Assembly (NCBI GenBank): GCA_030141605.1 | Contig: JAQGDQ010001276.1 | Span: 1-50,180 of the forward strand | Source of the DNA: Tubiluchus corallicola | Lineage: Eukaryota > Animalia > Priapulida | DNA: 50,180 bases | Direction: 5' to 3' | Part shown: one piece after another, positions 23,926-37,446 of the stretch | Layout of the letters: each line of letters begins with the position of its first letter | How positions within the stretch are numbered: position 1 is the stretch's first letter | Notes under the pieces: model-generated | What the model was told of the DNA's origin: nothing | Databases searched by the model: none | Seen by the model: the letters and a program-made list of their open reading frames with translations, nothing else | Position numbers and translations under genes: made by a program

Positions 23926-24202
23926 TTAAAGGAAAACACAACGAAAACGGAATAGCTCAAAATAAAGTATGCTCTACAATATTGGAAACTACAGCAGCTT
24001 TTTTTAAATCAAGCTTAGATTAAATAATAATTACCTTGGATTGTTGAATTTTGTTAAATTTTCAAAGCTACGCGCAGCTCAGTGAATTCACTAAGACTGG
24101 CAATGGCTCCTTTTTGTCACATTCGCGTGGACGATAAATAGGCGCGTTACCGTGATAAGCATGATTATGAACTGCACTGTTCATCTGTGACGTCGGCGTG
24201 AT
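23926..24202. mobile_element. Truncated, more diverged copy of the same MITE
   Basis: Starts ttaaaggaaaac and matches the first half of 24428-24977. Confidence 0.7.
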
Positions 24203-24427
24203 TCTGTCAATATTATTAACACAAATTATTAGTAACATTTTTTATAATTCTCATTTGGCAATATAAGTAACTTATATATGTATGTAAAGCAATACTGATG
24301 AATATTGTTATCTCTATTGCTGGAAAAAATAATGAAATATGTGGAATATTATATGAGGCAAAACATAGTGTGTTAAAAAGTGCAATGCTAATGCTTCTTA
24401 TTTGAAACAATCGTTCATCACAATTAA

Positions 24428-24977
24428 AGGAAAACTAGACGATTATGTAGACGTTAGTTCAGAATAAAGAATACTCTAAAATATTGAAAACTACAACAGC
24501 TTTTCTTAAATCAAAGCTTAGATTAAATAATAATTACCTCAGATAGTTAAATTTTGTTAAATTTTCAAAGTTACGCGCGGTTCAGTGAATCTACTAAGAC
24601 TTGTAATGGCTCCTTTTTGTCACATTAGCGTGGACGATAAATAGACGCGATACCGTGATAAGCATAATTATGAACTGCAGTGTTCGTTTGTGACGTCGGC
24701 GTGATGTAGAGCTCACTTTCGCGACACGTGTATCAGCGTCTCATAGCAATCTTCGCTTATGCAAACTTGTTTGTCGGGCAGGGAAGATGCCTACCATTGC
24801 ACAAACTGCGGCTAGTTTGTGACGTAAACGATAGCTGTATTCGGTTACCGTTAATTAATTTTTTAAGCTAATTATTCAAATGTAAGAAACAATTACTAAC
24901 TTTTATAGGCAAGAAAATGTATATTTTGGACAGTAAATTAAAATGAGATTGAGTCTAACCAATCATCCGGTTTTCCT
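24428..24977. mobile_element. Diverged full-length copy of the Kolobok/T2-like MITE in the spacer
   Basis: TTAA|AGGAAAACTAGAC ... CCGGTTTTCCT|TTAT. Colinear with 30046-30585. Confidence 0.75.
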
Positions 24978-25135
24978 TTATGGCTTTCACGTGGCTTTCA
25001 CGTGACTTTCACGTGGCTGGGTATCTGCAAACAGAAAAAAACGTTCTCGCATTTGCGTCATATTAATTATGCAACACCTGTAGCTCATTAAGTAATGTTA
25101 TAATATCGAAATTAGAGCTATCTATTTACAAAGAG

Positions 25136-25510
25136 TTCATCTATGTACCCTAATAAGTTTTCTCTTAACATACAAAGTAATTCAATTCTATTAACTTTAT
25201 TTTCAAACTCTTAGCTACCTATTACTGTATCAATAAGCCTTCTCTTAATGTGCAAAGTAGTTCAATTCCATTAACTTTATTTTCAAGCACTTAGCTATCT
25301 GTTACTGTATCAATTTCTTTTCTACTGGTCTGTTTATTCATCACTTAGGCTTCTTTGTAAATACATAATTAGTGCATAATTTTCTATACGGTAGACTCTG
25401 TACCTATATAAACTGATCGTTTGTCTAATGCACCACTGATGATGACAGCTGATTGCTGTTGAAACATTTGGACGTGTTTTTTTAAACAGTTGTAAATTAA
25501 AGTTTTAACA
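25136..25510 (+). mobile_element. Spacer copy of the same dispersed repeat, with an internal ~85-bp duplication
   Basis: Colinear and highly similar to 11797-12085. Confidence 0.75.
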
Positions 25511-26513
25511 AAAATTGTCCCGTTTTTATAATTAATGCTTTGAAGTGCCGGTGTAAATTGACTTGAGAAGAAATTTTGTTCAAAAGAAATGATGCACAAT
25601 CATTAGCCGCTTCCTGTAAGTCTTGCTATTTTCGGGAACACGGAAAACAAGACAGAAAACTATTTATAAACGGGAATCTTTCTAACGTTTTTCTGTCGCT
25701 TATAAATTGTAATTATTTCAGAATAATCTCTCTGAACCGAAGCAACAACTCAAGCAACTCAAGCAACAACTCAAGCAATAAACCAGTTATTACCTAAATA
25801 CGCTATTAAATTCATTCAAGCTTAGAATTCTATAGAGGAATTAACACACTCGGCGGTTTTGAAGTAGAAATTCCCCCTCCTCCAACAATTGCCTCTAATC
25901 TTGTATGTATTGCTAGTAGTTTAATAGTACAGTATGTAAAACCTGCACCGCCCCACTGGGGGGCATTCACGCCCACAACTCCACTTATACAGGAGTTAAC
26001 TCTTTCGGCGCCTTGTGATCTCCCCGGGCTGTCGGTGCCCCTCCCAGACTTGTTGCGGGCTGAATGGGTAGTGCCCGACTCCCATTGTGTAACCGTGAAG
26101 TAATGGGTGGTAATCTTTGACAAGCGGTGCTCTTTGTGATCGTAGTTTGAGTTCAGTGCTCCACCTTCCCTAACTGTCTACAGGTGGCGGATCCACGACA
26201 GGGCGCAGGAAAGTAAATAACTTCGAATGCATCGTGATTCTTCACAAAATGTTGCGCAATTTAAAGCAAAGCCCGATCCAACTGCCGGTCAAAACAATCT
26301 ACTCTTTAAAATATTGAAAGGAAACATACTATTTTTCAAAAATGACCTACATGAAAGAATTATTACCACATAAACACAATTTCACATTCGCTCCACTAGT
26401 TCTGCGCTGTTACATACATTTCGTCATTATAATTAGACGGGCACTAGCGCCTGCATTTCGGAAACGCATTGCACAAAAAGCAGGTGTTTGTACCTCTCAG
26501 TTCAGATGTGTTA

Positions 26514-27161
26514 GTTTGTGGTGTGCTAAAGGAAAGGACAAGTCATTCTGTATGGTGGGTTTATTTTACTGTTATCACTTAAACTGTTTGTGGTGTGCTA
26601 AAGGAAAGGACAGGTCATTCTGTATAGTGGGTTTATTTTACTGTTATTACTTAAACTGTTTGTGGTGCGCTAAAGGAAAGAACAAGTCACTCAGTATGTT
26701 GGGTTTATTTTACTGTTATTACTTAAACTGTTTGTGGTGTGCTAAAGGAAAGGACAGGTCATTCTGTATAGTGGGTTTATTTTACTGTTATCACTTAAAC
26801 TGTTTGTGGTGTGCTAAAGGAAAGGACAAGTCATTCTGTATAGTGGGTTTATTTTACTGTTATTACTTAAACTGTTTGTGGTGTGCTAAAGGAAAGGACA
26901 GGTCATTCTGTATGGTGGGTTTATTTTACTGTTATTACTTAAACTGCTTGTGGTGTGCTAAAGGAAAGGACAAGTCATTCTGTATGGTGGGTTTATTTTA
27001 CTGTTTACACTTAAACTGTTTGTGGTGTGCTAAAGGAAAGGACAAGTCATTCTGTATGGTGGGTTTGTTTTACTGTTTTCACTTAAACTGTTTGTGGTGT
27101 GCTAAAGGAAAGGACAAGTCACTCAGTATGTTGGGTTTATTTTACTGTTATCACTTAAACT
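26514..27161. repeat. 72-bp minisatellite, ~9 copies, at the inner end of the right arm
   Basis: Unit gtttgtggtgtgctaaaggaaaggacaagtcattctgtatggtgggtttattttactgttatcacttaaact. Confidence 0.97.
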
Positions 27162-30045
27162 TAGAAAAATATAACAAAGAAATTTGCAAAGAACTGCCTA
27201 TAAAGCATAAATTTAAAATATTCTACCTCTGAATAGAAATTTTCAGCCGTGGTGGTTGCCGCCATTCAGTTGAAAATCGTGACGTAACAGAGAGACTTCG
27301 TGACTTTTCGCAAACTCGTCGTGGGATTCCGTAACTGCGTCGTGGCTTTCCGTAAGCGCCCGTTGCTTAAACTAATTCAAATTTCTACAGCTTACCTCAT
27401 GTTGATGCAAAAATATTAAAAATTAGCTATCTAATGTTTTGTAAAAACTTTTGATGAAGATTGACAGTGAGCTACTTTTATCAAGACGAATGACGTCATT
27501 GGAAGAAGAACGAATGACGTCATTGGAAGAATGGACATTCAAAATGGGAGCGTCCAAGCATGAAGTGATCGCGACTTTAAAGTGATTTTACTAGTTACAC
27601 GAGGTGCTTATTGCAGTTTTATAGCTAAAACCTTCTATCATTTTTCGCAAACATTGAAATAAGCCTAACCTCCCAGAAGCGTTGACCTTTCCTTTAATTT
27701 CCTCTACTGCCTGCGTCTGAAAATTAAGCAGCCAATAACTTATCGATAAAAGCAGATTTAAAATTGTAAATTTTCACCTCAAATGTAAAATAAGTTAAAA
27801 ATTTCGTTTTTTCATGCTGTTCGCTTCCAATACCAAGAGACTGGTTTTAGTTTCCATTTTGAACACAAATTTTCTTTTTAATTAGTACAACTAATTAAAT
27901 ATTTAACCTTAATTAAATTTAATAATTAACGCAATAATAACATAATAATTAAATTTAAACTTAATTCATTACAAAACTGCCAATCAGACACTCTCATTTA
28001 GAAATGTTGAATTTTCACAGAATGAAAGAAATAACAACTGTCCAAGTTTCTTATGCTGACGTTTCAACGTAAGAAGGTAGCCACTCTTGCTGGTTTTTTA
28101 TTTGTTATTTAATAAGAATCAAATTATTTAAATCGAAGCAAAATCTGGCATTCATTCTAGGTTTTGAGTAATTATTATTATTATTATAAAATTAGGTCTT
28201 CTAAAAGGCCTACTTTCATTATACGGTTAGTAAATAAAAAATAATGTCATGTATTATTATTATTAACGATCTTATGTCATGTATATACACGTGTCATAAT
28301 ATGACATCACGTGACGTGTGGGTATAGCTAAGCCGTCTGCTGCATCAACTTCAGTTGTTTTACGTGGACAAGGATTTAAGGTTGTTTATATATATAAACA
28401 GTCATGCACAATTACTTGTGGTGTATTAACAGCAGGTTATCATTAGTTACATATATTTGTGTCCCGCTTAAAAGTAAGCTGGCTGCGCAAGTGTTTGTAG
28501 TGTGGTATCTTTGATATAGGTAATAACAAGCCTTTTCACAGTTTCGCTATGCGCATGCGCAGCTCAATGTGGGTCAAAGGTTAAGCGCACCACAGCAACA
28601 CGTCTTAACCACAACTGTCACGTGACATGTGGGTAAAGCAAAACTGTCTGCAGCATCAGTTTAGTAACTTCGGTTTTTTACATGGACTTTACTTAATTAT
28701 GCATTAGTCTGGGCGTAGAGTGATTTACTAGCAGGATCTTGCTTGTAAATAAGAAAAAATGAACTAGGTAAGGTTCTAGCTGTTAAAACTGTTACTATTG
28801 CAACAGCATGGGCTGCGAGGCGTTGTCAAGTGTACACAACTGCGTTGTCTGGTACACTTAACCTTTGACCTTTTCACGATCATCATCAATTGCTGGAACT
28901 GTGAAAAGGTTTACTGTCACTATACAGCTGGTGAGACAAATAAAAAATCGATATACATCCCACGTACAACAAGCGAACAATTTTTTTTAACTATGTTGTA
29001 TTTTATTTCCATAATTATTCAACTTACAAAGTGCAAAAAAATACCAATCACTTTTTTCATAGCAACCTAAAGCAGCTGTAACGTGTCATTATTTACAATT
29101 AACTATAGAAAAAGTTTAATTATACTTATGTATACCATAGTTAAACAAGTACTTAGGCCAATCTAATGAGTAAGTGATATTTAAGCACTTAAGGTTACAC
29201 AAATATAAACGACTTTCATACCTAAATGTAGCATTAGTAAAAATACTTAACATTGTAGTGAAAATGCAGTAAAATAGGTTTGAATTAAAATGGAATAAGA
29301 TTGTTGGAATAACAAACATGAGAAGTAAATATAAATAATATTAAATAAGAATAAATAAATAGTTGCACAGTAGTATGTAAGAATTATAACTACGTATATA
29401 TTACTGTATGCAATAAAATTAGGATAGATAAAGGAATAAAAGAATTATTACTATAAATAGAACAGAAGTGATCATATAATCCAACGTGCCTAAATAATTT
29501 TATCACCATTTTATGAAAATAAACAATTTGCGTACATATATAACAATTATACATACACATATATAACAATTATACGTACACATATATAACAATATATAAA
29601 ACAATTAACTTTCGATATACTAAACAAAATGCTACAATATATTAATACAAGTTAGAATAGTATTAATGTGTTTGTGACACTATTTGCTATAGTAAATAAC
29701 AGCAGCACAAAGCTTAGGGTTCAAATCCCAACTCTGCATTTTTTCTACATTATTTTTGTTAAAATCAGAATTAATTTTTTCTTCATTAAATGCAACATTC
29801 TCTTATTATACAAAGAATTGATTCTGTCCATATCATTAACACAAATTATTAGTAACAAATGTACTAACATTTTTTATAATTCTCATTTGGCAATATAAGT
29901 AACTTATATATGTATGTAAAGCAATACTGATGAATATTGTCATCTCTATTGCTGAAATATGTAGAATATTATGTGAGACAAAACTGTGTGTTAAAAAGTG
30001 TAACGCTAATGCTTCTTATTTGAAACAATCGTTCACCACAATTAA

Positions 30046-30585
30046 AGGAAAACTAGACGATTATGTAGACATTAGTTCAAAATAAAGCATGCTCTAAAAT
30101 ATTGAAAACTACATCAGTTTTTTTTAAGTCAAAGCTTAGATTAAATAATAATTACCTCAGATAGTTAAATTTTGTTAAATTTTCAAAGTTCAGTGAATCT
30201 ACTAAGACTTGTAATGGCGCCTTTTTGTCACATTCGCGTGGCCGACAAGTAGGCACTGTACGGTGATAAGCATTAACCATGAACTACAGTGTTCGTTTGT
30301 GATGTCAGTGTGATGTAGAGCCCATTTTCGTGACATCACATTAGCGTCTTATAGCAATCTTCGCTTACGCAAACGTGCTTGACGTGCAGGAAAGATGCCT
30401 ACCATTGCACAAGCTGCGGTTAGTTTGTGACGTAAGCGACAGCTGTGTTCGGTTGCCATTAATTAACTTTTCAAGGTAATTATTCAAATATAAGAAACAA
30501 TTGCTAACTTTTAAACGCAAGAGAATGTACATTTTTGACAGAAAATTAAAATGAGATTGAGTCTAATTAATAGTCCAGTTTTCCT
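30046..30585. mobile_element. Kolobok/T2-like MITE (mirror)
   Basis: TTAA|AGGAAAACTAGAC ... GTCCAGTTTTCCT|TTAA. Confidence 0.75.
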
Positions 30586-31204
30586 TTAAATACAGAAAAT
30601 GCCAATTTTTTCATACGATGCTATGAATTACTATTGTATGTTTCTTATTACGACCTGATATTACTTACTATGCAATTACAACATACTCATGTATATTACA
30701 CAGATAACTATGCAATTTGTACCATAAGGAAATAATAGCAGAGACTCATAGAATCAGATATTTATCAAAAAAAAAGAGAAAGAAGAATAAATAAAATCAG
30801 GCGTGAAAACAATTATGTCTCTCTAAATGTGAGATTCGGTTAAAGGAAAATTACAGCTTAGTGTTGCTGTTATTCTGGTTTCTTTTAAGCTTTTTACATT
30901 TAAAAAACTTGTTTACGTAAGTATATACAAGCACAAACTAAACAAATACTATGTTATAAATAAATAAACATTGAATGAACCAGATGTAGAACAAAATCAT
31001 TTTAATTTGGCGGCTTACTAGATGATTTTGCACTGTTACAACCACTGGTAAAGCAAAGCTTATGACGCATCAGGCACAAATATCTCAGGTTTAGCTTGTC
31101 GACGATGACTGTGTTTCCTCAATACCACACGGAAGTCAATCTGTTCAGGCTGGTATTCTATGTGCTTGCGGAGCGTCTTGTTACAACCACTGGTAAAGCA
31201 AAGC

Positions 31205-31373
31205 TTAAGACGCATCAGGCACAAATATCTCAGGTTTAGCCTGTCGACGATGACTGTGTTTCCTCAACACCACACGGAAGTCAATCTGTTCAGGCTGGTA
31301 TTCTATGTGCTTACGTAGCGTCTTTTTGCCAAGGTCAAAGGTCGTCTTTCTCAGAAAAGCCCTGAAGTCGTAC
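31205..31373 (-). CDS. Mirror copy of the terminal DFRxxL exon
   Basis: Reverse complement of 18682-18850. Confidence 0.85.
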
Positions 31374-32195
31374 CTGTAGAAAGTAATGCAGCTTCATTTA
31401 ACCCTTTCACTAAACTTTTTTACATACAAGTTTATCAAGTAAGACTGAGGAAGCTGAAAACTGTTTAAAATAGATCAGTTGTGTTTAATATGGGTCAAAT
31501 CTATACCAATGCTAGGATGACATGTAACATAATGTAATGCGTAACATAACATAACGTAACGTAACATAACATAATGTAATGTAGCATGACATAACATAAT
31601 GCAATGTAGCATAACATGACATAACATAACACAACATAACATAACATAACATCATAGCACAGCACAGCATTGCATAACATAACGTAGCATAACGTGACAT
31701 AACATAACGTAACATAACATAAAATAACGTAACGTAGCATGACATGACATAACGTAATATCATAACATAACATAATGTAACATAACATAACGTAACATAA
31801 AATAACGTAACGTAGCATGACATGACATAACATAACACAACATAACATAGCATAACATAACATCATAGCACAGCATAGCATTACATAACGTAGCATAACA
31901 TGACATAACATAACGTAACATAACATGACATAACATAAAATAACGTAACGTAGCATGACATGACATAACATAACGTAAAATAACGTAACATGACATAACA
32001 TAACGTAACATAACATAAAATAACGTAACGTAGCATGACATAACATAACACAACATAACGTAGCATAACATAACATCATAGCACAGCATAACAACAACAC
32101 AGCACAGCACAGCATTACATAACATAACATAAAATAACAAGTACAAAGATATTGCACATCAGAATACCCAGCAATGCAACTTTCACTCTACTTAC

Positions 32196-32348
32196 TTGAG
32201 ATCTTTTTTAGCATCGTTATCGTCAGCATTATTATTAGCATTAATCACATCCGGTTTATCCTTCTTCATGGAGCCGTACATCCGCCTAAGTGCTCGCGGT
32301 GGAGGCGGCGGAGAAAGTGCCGGAACTTCTTTCTGAGGATAAGGAGAT
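32196..32348 (-). CDS. Mirror copy of the 153-nt proline-rich exon
   Basis: Reverse complement of 17707-17859. Confidence 0.88.
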
Positions 32349-32898
32349 CTGAAACAAAGCAGAGTATATGAATATTAAATTAATACGTGTAGACCGACAC
32401 ACTAGATACTACACATTGTTCTTTCATTTATTGATTATACTACATAACATACCGTAACGTAACACAGCATAATGTAGCACAACATGATATAGTATAGTGT
32501 AACATAGTACAGCATAATATAACAGAAAATAAAATAACGTAATGTAACATAACCTAACATTGTATAGTGTACACAGCATAGCATAATATAACATAACGTA
32601 ATGTAACGTAACATAACATACATAACATAACATAGTGTAACATAGCATAGCATAGCAAACATAACATAACATAACATAACATGAGTGTAACATAGTATAG
32701 CATAATATAACATAGCATAGCATAACGTAACGTAACAACATAACATAGTATAGTGAAACACAGCATAGCATAATATAACATAGCATAGCATAACATAACA
32801 TAACATAGTGTAACATAGCACAGCATAACTTAACGTAACATAACAACATAACATAATGTAATGCAGTCATTGGAAGATTAACCACAATGGATACTGGT

Positions 32899-33504
32899 CT
32901 AAACAACACAAGACTAATGAACTTACCCATGTTTGTACAAATGAACAGGTCCACTAAACAATGCAAGACTAATGAACTTACCCATGTTGGTACAAATGAA
33001 CAGGTCCACTAAACAATGCAAGACTAATGAACTTACCCATGCTGGTACAAATGAACAGGTCCACTAAACAATGCATGACTAATGAACTTACCCATGTTGG
33101 TACAAATGAACAGGTCCACTAAACAACACAAGACTAATGAACTTACCCATGTTGGTACAAATGAACAGGTCCACTGAACAATACAAGACTAATGAACTTA
33201 CCCATGTTGGTACAAATGAACAGGTCCACTAAACAATGCATGACTAATGAACTTACCCATGTTGGTACAAATGAACAGGTCCACTGAACAATACAAGACT
33301 AATGAACTTACCCATGTTGGTACAAATGAACAGGTCCACTAAACAATGCATGACTAATGAACTTACCCATGTTGGTACAAATGAACAGGTCCACTGAACA
33401 ATACAAGACTAATGAACTTACCCATGTTGGTACAAATGAACAGGTCCACTGAACAATACAAGACTAATGAACTTACCCATGTTGGTACAAATGAACAGGT
33501 CCAC
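32899..33504. repeat. 55-bp minisatellite (mirror)
   Basis: Reverse complement of 16551-17156. Confidence 0.97.
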
Positions 33505-34160
33505 CATTATCAACATCCGAGTCATTTTCAGGAAGGAATCCCACAAACGTTTCAGGACTCTTCGCTCTCGTTGGTTTGTCGACAGATTCTGAGCGCGTTG
33601 ACGCGTTCATCTGTACATCTTTCCGCTTCAGATCAGCGTTAGTATTGTGCAGTGGCTCCTTCTGGTGCAGTGGCTCCCTCTGGTGCAGTGGCTCCCTCTG
33701 GTTCATGTTGTTACGGTATTGCTCAAACGCCGTAAGCTTTTTCTGCTGCGATGAATTCTTGTTCAGTTTTTTCTTTGGCGGAAGAAGAGCCTGTCGTTTC
33801 TCCGGCTGCTTCCCGCTTGCATCATCATCGTGCGTGGGCGACTTCTGTTGATGATGATGATGACAATGATGAGATTCCGGTCTCGTTTCTCGTCGATGAT
33901 GACCACCCGACTTGCCGTTTCCGCTGTTTTGTCGATGCCGCTGCTGAAGCAGTGGTTGCTGCTGCTGGTGCTGTCGTCGTTGCTGCTGCTGCTGTTGTTG
34001 TTGTAGCTCTTCTGTACTATTAGAGTTGCTAAGCAACCCTTTGCGATGATTTTCAAAATCTGCCATCAGTTTATCGTGTAACTGTGGATGGAGAAGTCCG
34101 GGCCGAGGCACATGTTCATAATTGCCGTTCTCAATCGGTCCAACCGCACGGTTACGGACC
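33477..34160 (-). CDS. Mirror copy of the 684-nt exon
   Basis: Reverse complement of 15895-16578 with splice sites intact. Reads ASGK where the left copy reads AGSK. Confidence 0.85.
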
Positions 34161-34741
34161 CTGAAAAAATTTGATGTTTTATTTAAGTTATCATAATTAA
34201 CTGAGAAAATCATAATTATATATAATATATTATTAATATTATATATTATATGCTTTTAGCAAACTACTGTCGTACGTGTAATGTGTATATCGCGATAAAT
34301 GATTGACAACTTTGTCTTACGTTTCTTATGTATTTTACTGTTTATTTGTATAACATGTGTGTTGTGTGTGTGTGCGCGTGCGTGAGTGCGTGCGTGTATG
34401 TATGTACGTGTGTATGTATGTAAATATATACGTATGTATTATATGCATTTCAGTATTTCAAATTCGAACTGCGAGTGAAAGATTTTTGAACTGCTTTTCG
34501 GACCACCAATAAAAACTGATCTTACAAAGATCATGCATATTACTCAATTTTGTTCTGCAGTAAATCCACTAATAACTTGTTTATAGTATAGTATAGTACA
34601 GTATAGCATAGTATAGTATAGTATAGCATAGCATAGCATAGCATAGCATAGCATAGCATAGCATAGCATAGCATAGCATAGCATAGCATAGCATAGTATA
34701 GTATAGTGTAGCATCCAATCGAATTCGAACTTAAAAAACTC

Positions 34742-37446
34742 GCTAACCCCTGGTATCTCCACTCCCAGCCACTGAAGTTTCTGTCCCTTAAACAAGAAAT
34801 CTACTGTCATCATTTAAACATTGTTTTCGAGGTGACATGTAGCATGCTAAGCCCTAGTATCTCCACTCCCAACCACTGAAGTTTCTGTCCCTTAAACAAG
34901 AAATCTACTGTCATCATTTAAACATTGTTTTCGAGGTGACATGTAGCACGCTAACCCCTAGTATCTCCACTCCCAACCACTGAAGTTTCTGTTGCTTAAA
35001 CAAGAAATCTACTGTCATCATTTAAACATTGTTTTCCAGGTGACATGTAGCACACTAACCCCTAGTATCTCCACTCCCAGCCACTGAAGTTTCTGTCCCT
35101 TAAACAAGAAATCTACTGTCATCATTTAAACATTGTTTTCCAGGTGACATGTAGCATGCTAACCCCTAGTATCTCCACTCCCAACCACTGAAGTTTCTGT
35201 CCCTTAAACAAGAAATCTACTGTCATCATTTAACATTGTTTTCCAGGTGACATGTAGCACACTAACCCCTAGTATCTCCACTCCCAACCACTGAAGTTTC
35301 TGTCCCTTAAACAAGAAATCTACTGTCATCATTTAAACATTGTTTTCCAGGTGACATGTAGCACACTAACCCCTGGTATCGCCACTCCCAACCACTGAAG
35401 TTTCTGTTGCTTAAACAAGAAATCTACTGTCATCATTTAAACATTGTTTTCCAGGTGACATGTAGCATGCTAACCCCTAGTATCTCCACTCCCAACCACT
35501 GAAGTTTCTGTCACTTAAACAAGAAATCTACTGTCATCATTTAAACATTGTTTTTGAGGTGACATGTAGCATGCTAACCCCTAGTATCTCCACTCCCTGC
35601 CACTGAAGTTTCTGTCCCTTAAACAAGAAATCTACTGTCATCATTTAAACATTGTTTTCCAGGTGACATGTAGCATGCTAACCCCTAGTATCTCCACTCC
35701 CAACCACTGAAGTTTCTGTCCCTTAAACAAGAAATCTACTGTCATCATTTAAACAATGTTTTCGAGGTGACATGTAGCATGCTAACCCCTAGTATCTCCA
35801 CTCCCTGCCACTGAAGTTTCTGTCCCTTAAACAAGAAATCTACTGTCATCATTTAAACATTGTTTTCCAGGTGACATGTAGCATGCTAACCCCTAGTATC
35901 TCCACTCCCAACCACTGAAGTTTCTGTCCCTTAAACAAGAAATCTACTGTCATCATTTAAACATTGTTTTCGAGGTGACATGTAGCACACTAACCCCTAG
36001 TATCTCCACTCCCAGCCACTGAAGTTTCTGTCGCTTAAACAAGAAATCTACTGTCATCATTTAAACATTGTTTTCCAGGTGACATGTAGCACACTAACCC
36101 CTAGTATCTCCACTCCCAGCCACTGAAGTTTCTGTCCCTTAAACAAGAAATCTACTGTCATCATTTAAACGTTGTTTTCCAGGTGACATGTAGCACACTA
36201 ACCCCTAGTATCTCCACTCCCAACCACTGAAGTTTCTGTCACTTAAACAAGAAATCTACTGTCATCATTTAAACATTGTTTTCGAGGTGACATGTAGCAT
36301 GCTAACCCCTAGTATCTCCACTCCCAACCACTGAAGTTTCTGTCCCTTAAACAAGAAATCTACTGTCATCATTTAAACAATGTTTTCCAGGTGACATGTA
36401 GCACACTAACCCCTGGTATCTCCACTCCCAACCACTGAAGCTTCTGGCGCTTAAACAAGAAATCTACTGTCATCATTTAAACATTGTTTTCCAGGTGACA
36501 TGTAGCACACTAACCCCTAGTATCTCCACTCCCAACCACTGAAGTTTCTGTCACTTAAACAAGAAATCTACTATCATCATTTAAACATTGTTTTCGAGGT
36601 GACATGTAGCACACTAACCCCTAGTATCTCCACTCCCAACCACTGAAGTTTCTGTCCCTTAAACAAGAAATCTACTGTCATCATTTAAACATTGTTTTCC
36701 AGGTGACATGTAGCACGCTAACCCCTAGTATCTCCACTCCCAACCACTGAAGTTTCTGTCACTTAAACAAGAAATCTACTGTCATCATTTAAACATTGTT
36801 TTCCAGGTGACATGTAGCACGCTAACCCCTAGTATCTCCACTCCCAACCACTGAAGTTTCTGTTGCTTAAACAAGAAATCTACTGTCATCATTTAAACAT
36901 TGTTTTCCAGGTGACATGTAGCACACTAACCCCTAGTATCTCCACTCCCAGCCACTGAAGTTTCTGTCCCTTAAACAAGAAATCTACTGTCATCATTTAA
37001 ACATTGTTTTCCAGGTGACATGTAGCATGCTAACCCCTAGTATCTCCACTCCCAACCACTGAAGTTTCTGTCCCTTAAACAAGAAATCTACTGTCATCAT
37101 TTAAACATTGTTTTCCAGGTGACATGTAGCACAGTAACCCCTAGTATCTCCACTCCCAACCACTGAAGTTTCCGTCACTTAAACAAGAAATCTACTGTCA
37201 TCATTTAAACATTGTTTTCGAGGTGACATGTAGCACACTAACCCCTAGTATCTACACTCCCAACCACTGAAGTTTCTGTCGCTTAAACAAGAAATCTACT
37301 GTCATCATTTAAACATTGTTTTCGAGGTGACATGTAGCACACTAACCCCTAGTATCTCCACTCCCAGCCACTGAAGTTTCTGTCCCTTAAACAAGAAATC
37401 TACTGTCATCATTTAAACATTGTTTTCGAGGTGACATGTAGCACAC
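34742..37446. repeat. 104-bp minisatellite (mirror)
   Basis: Same copy number and same order of unit variants as the left array. Confidence 0.98.
34748..34786 (-). CDS. Mirror copy of the candidate 39-nt microexon
   Basis: Differs from the left copy by a synonymous GGT/GGC change. Confidence 0.4.

Larger units (their letters stand above)
23508..26517. other. Non-palindromic spacer (~3.0 kb)
   Basis: No mirror symmetry. It contains diverged copies of repeats also found in the arms. Confidence 0.95.

Noticed and set aside
26342-27232. 296-aa Cys-rich repeat protein (and 22793..23473)
   Set aside because: The 72-bp unit is divisible by 3 and propagates an open frame. No recognisable domain.
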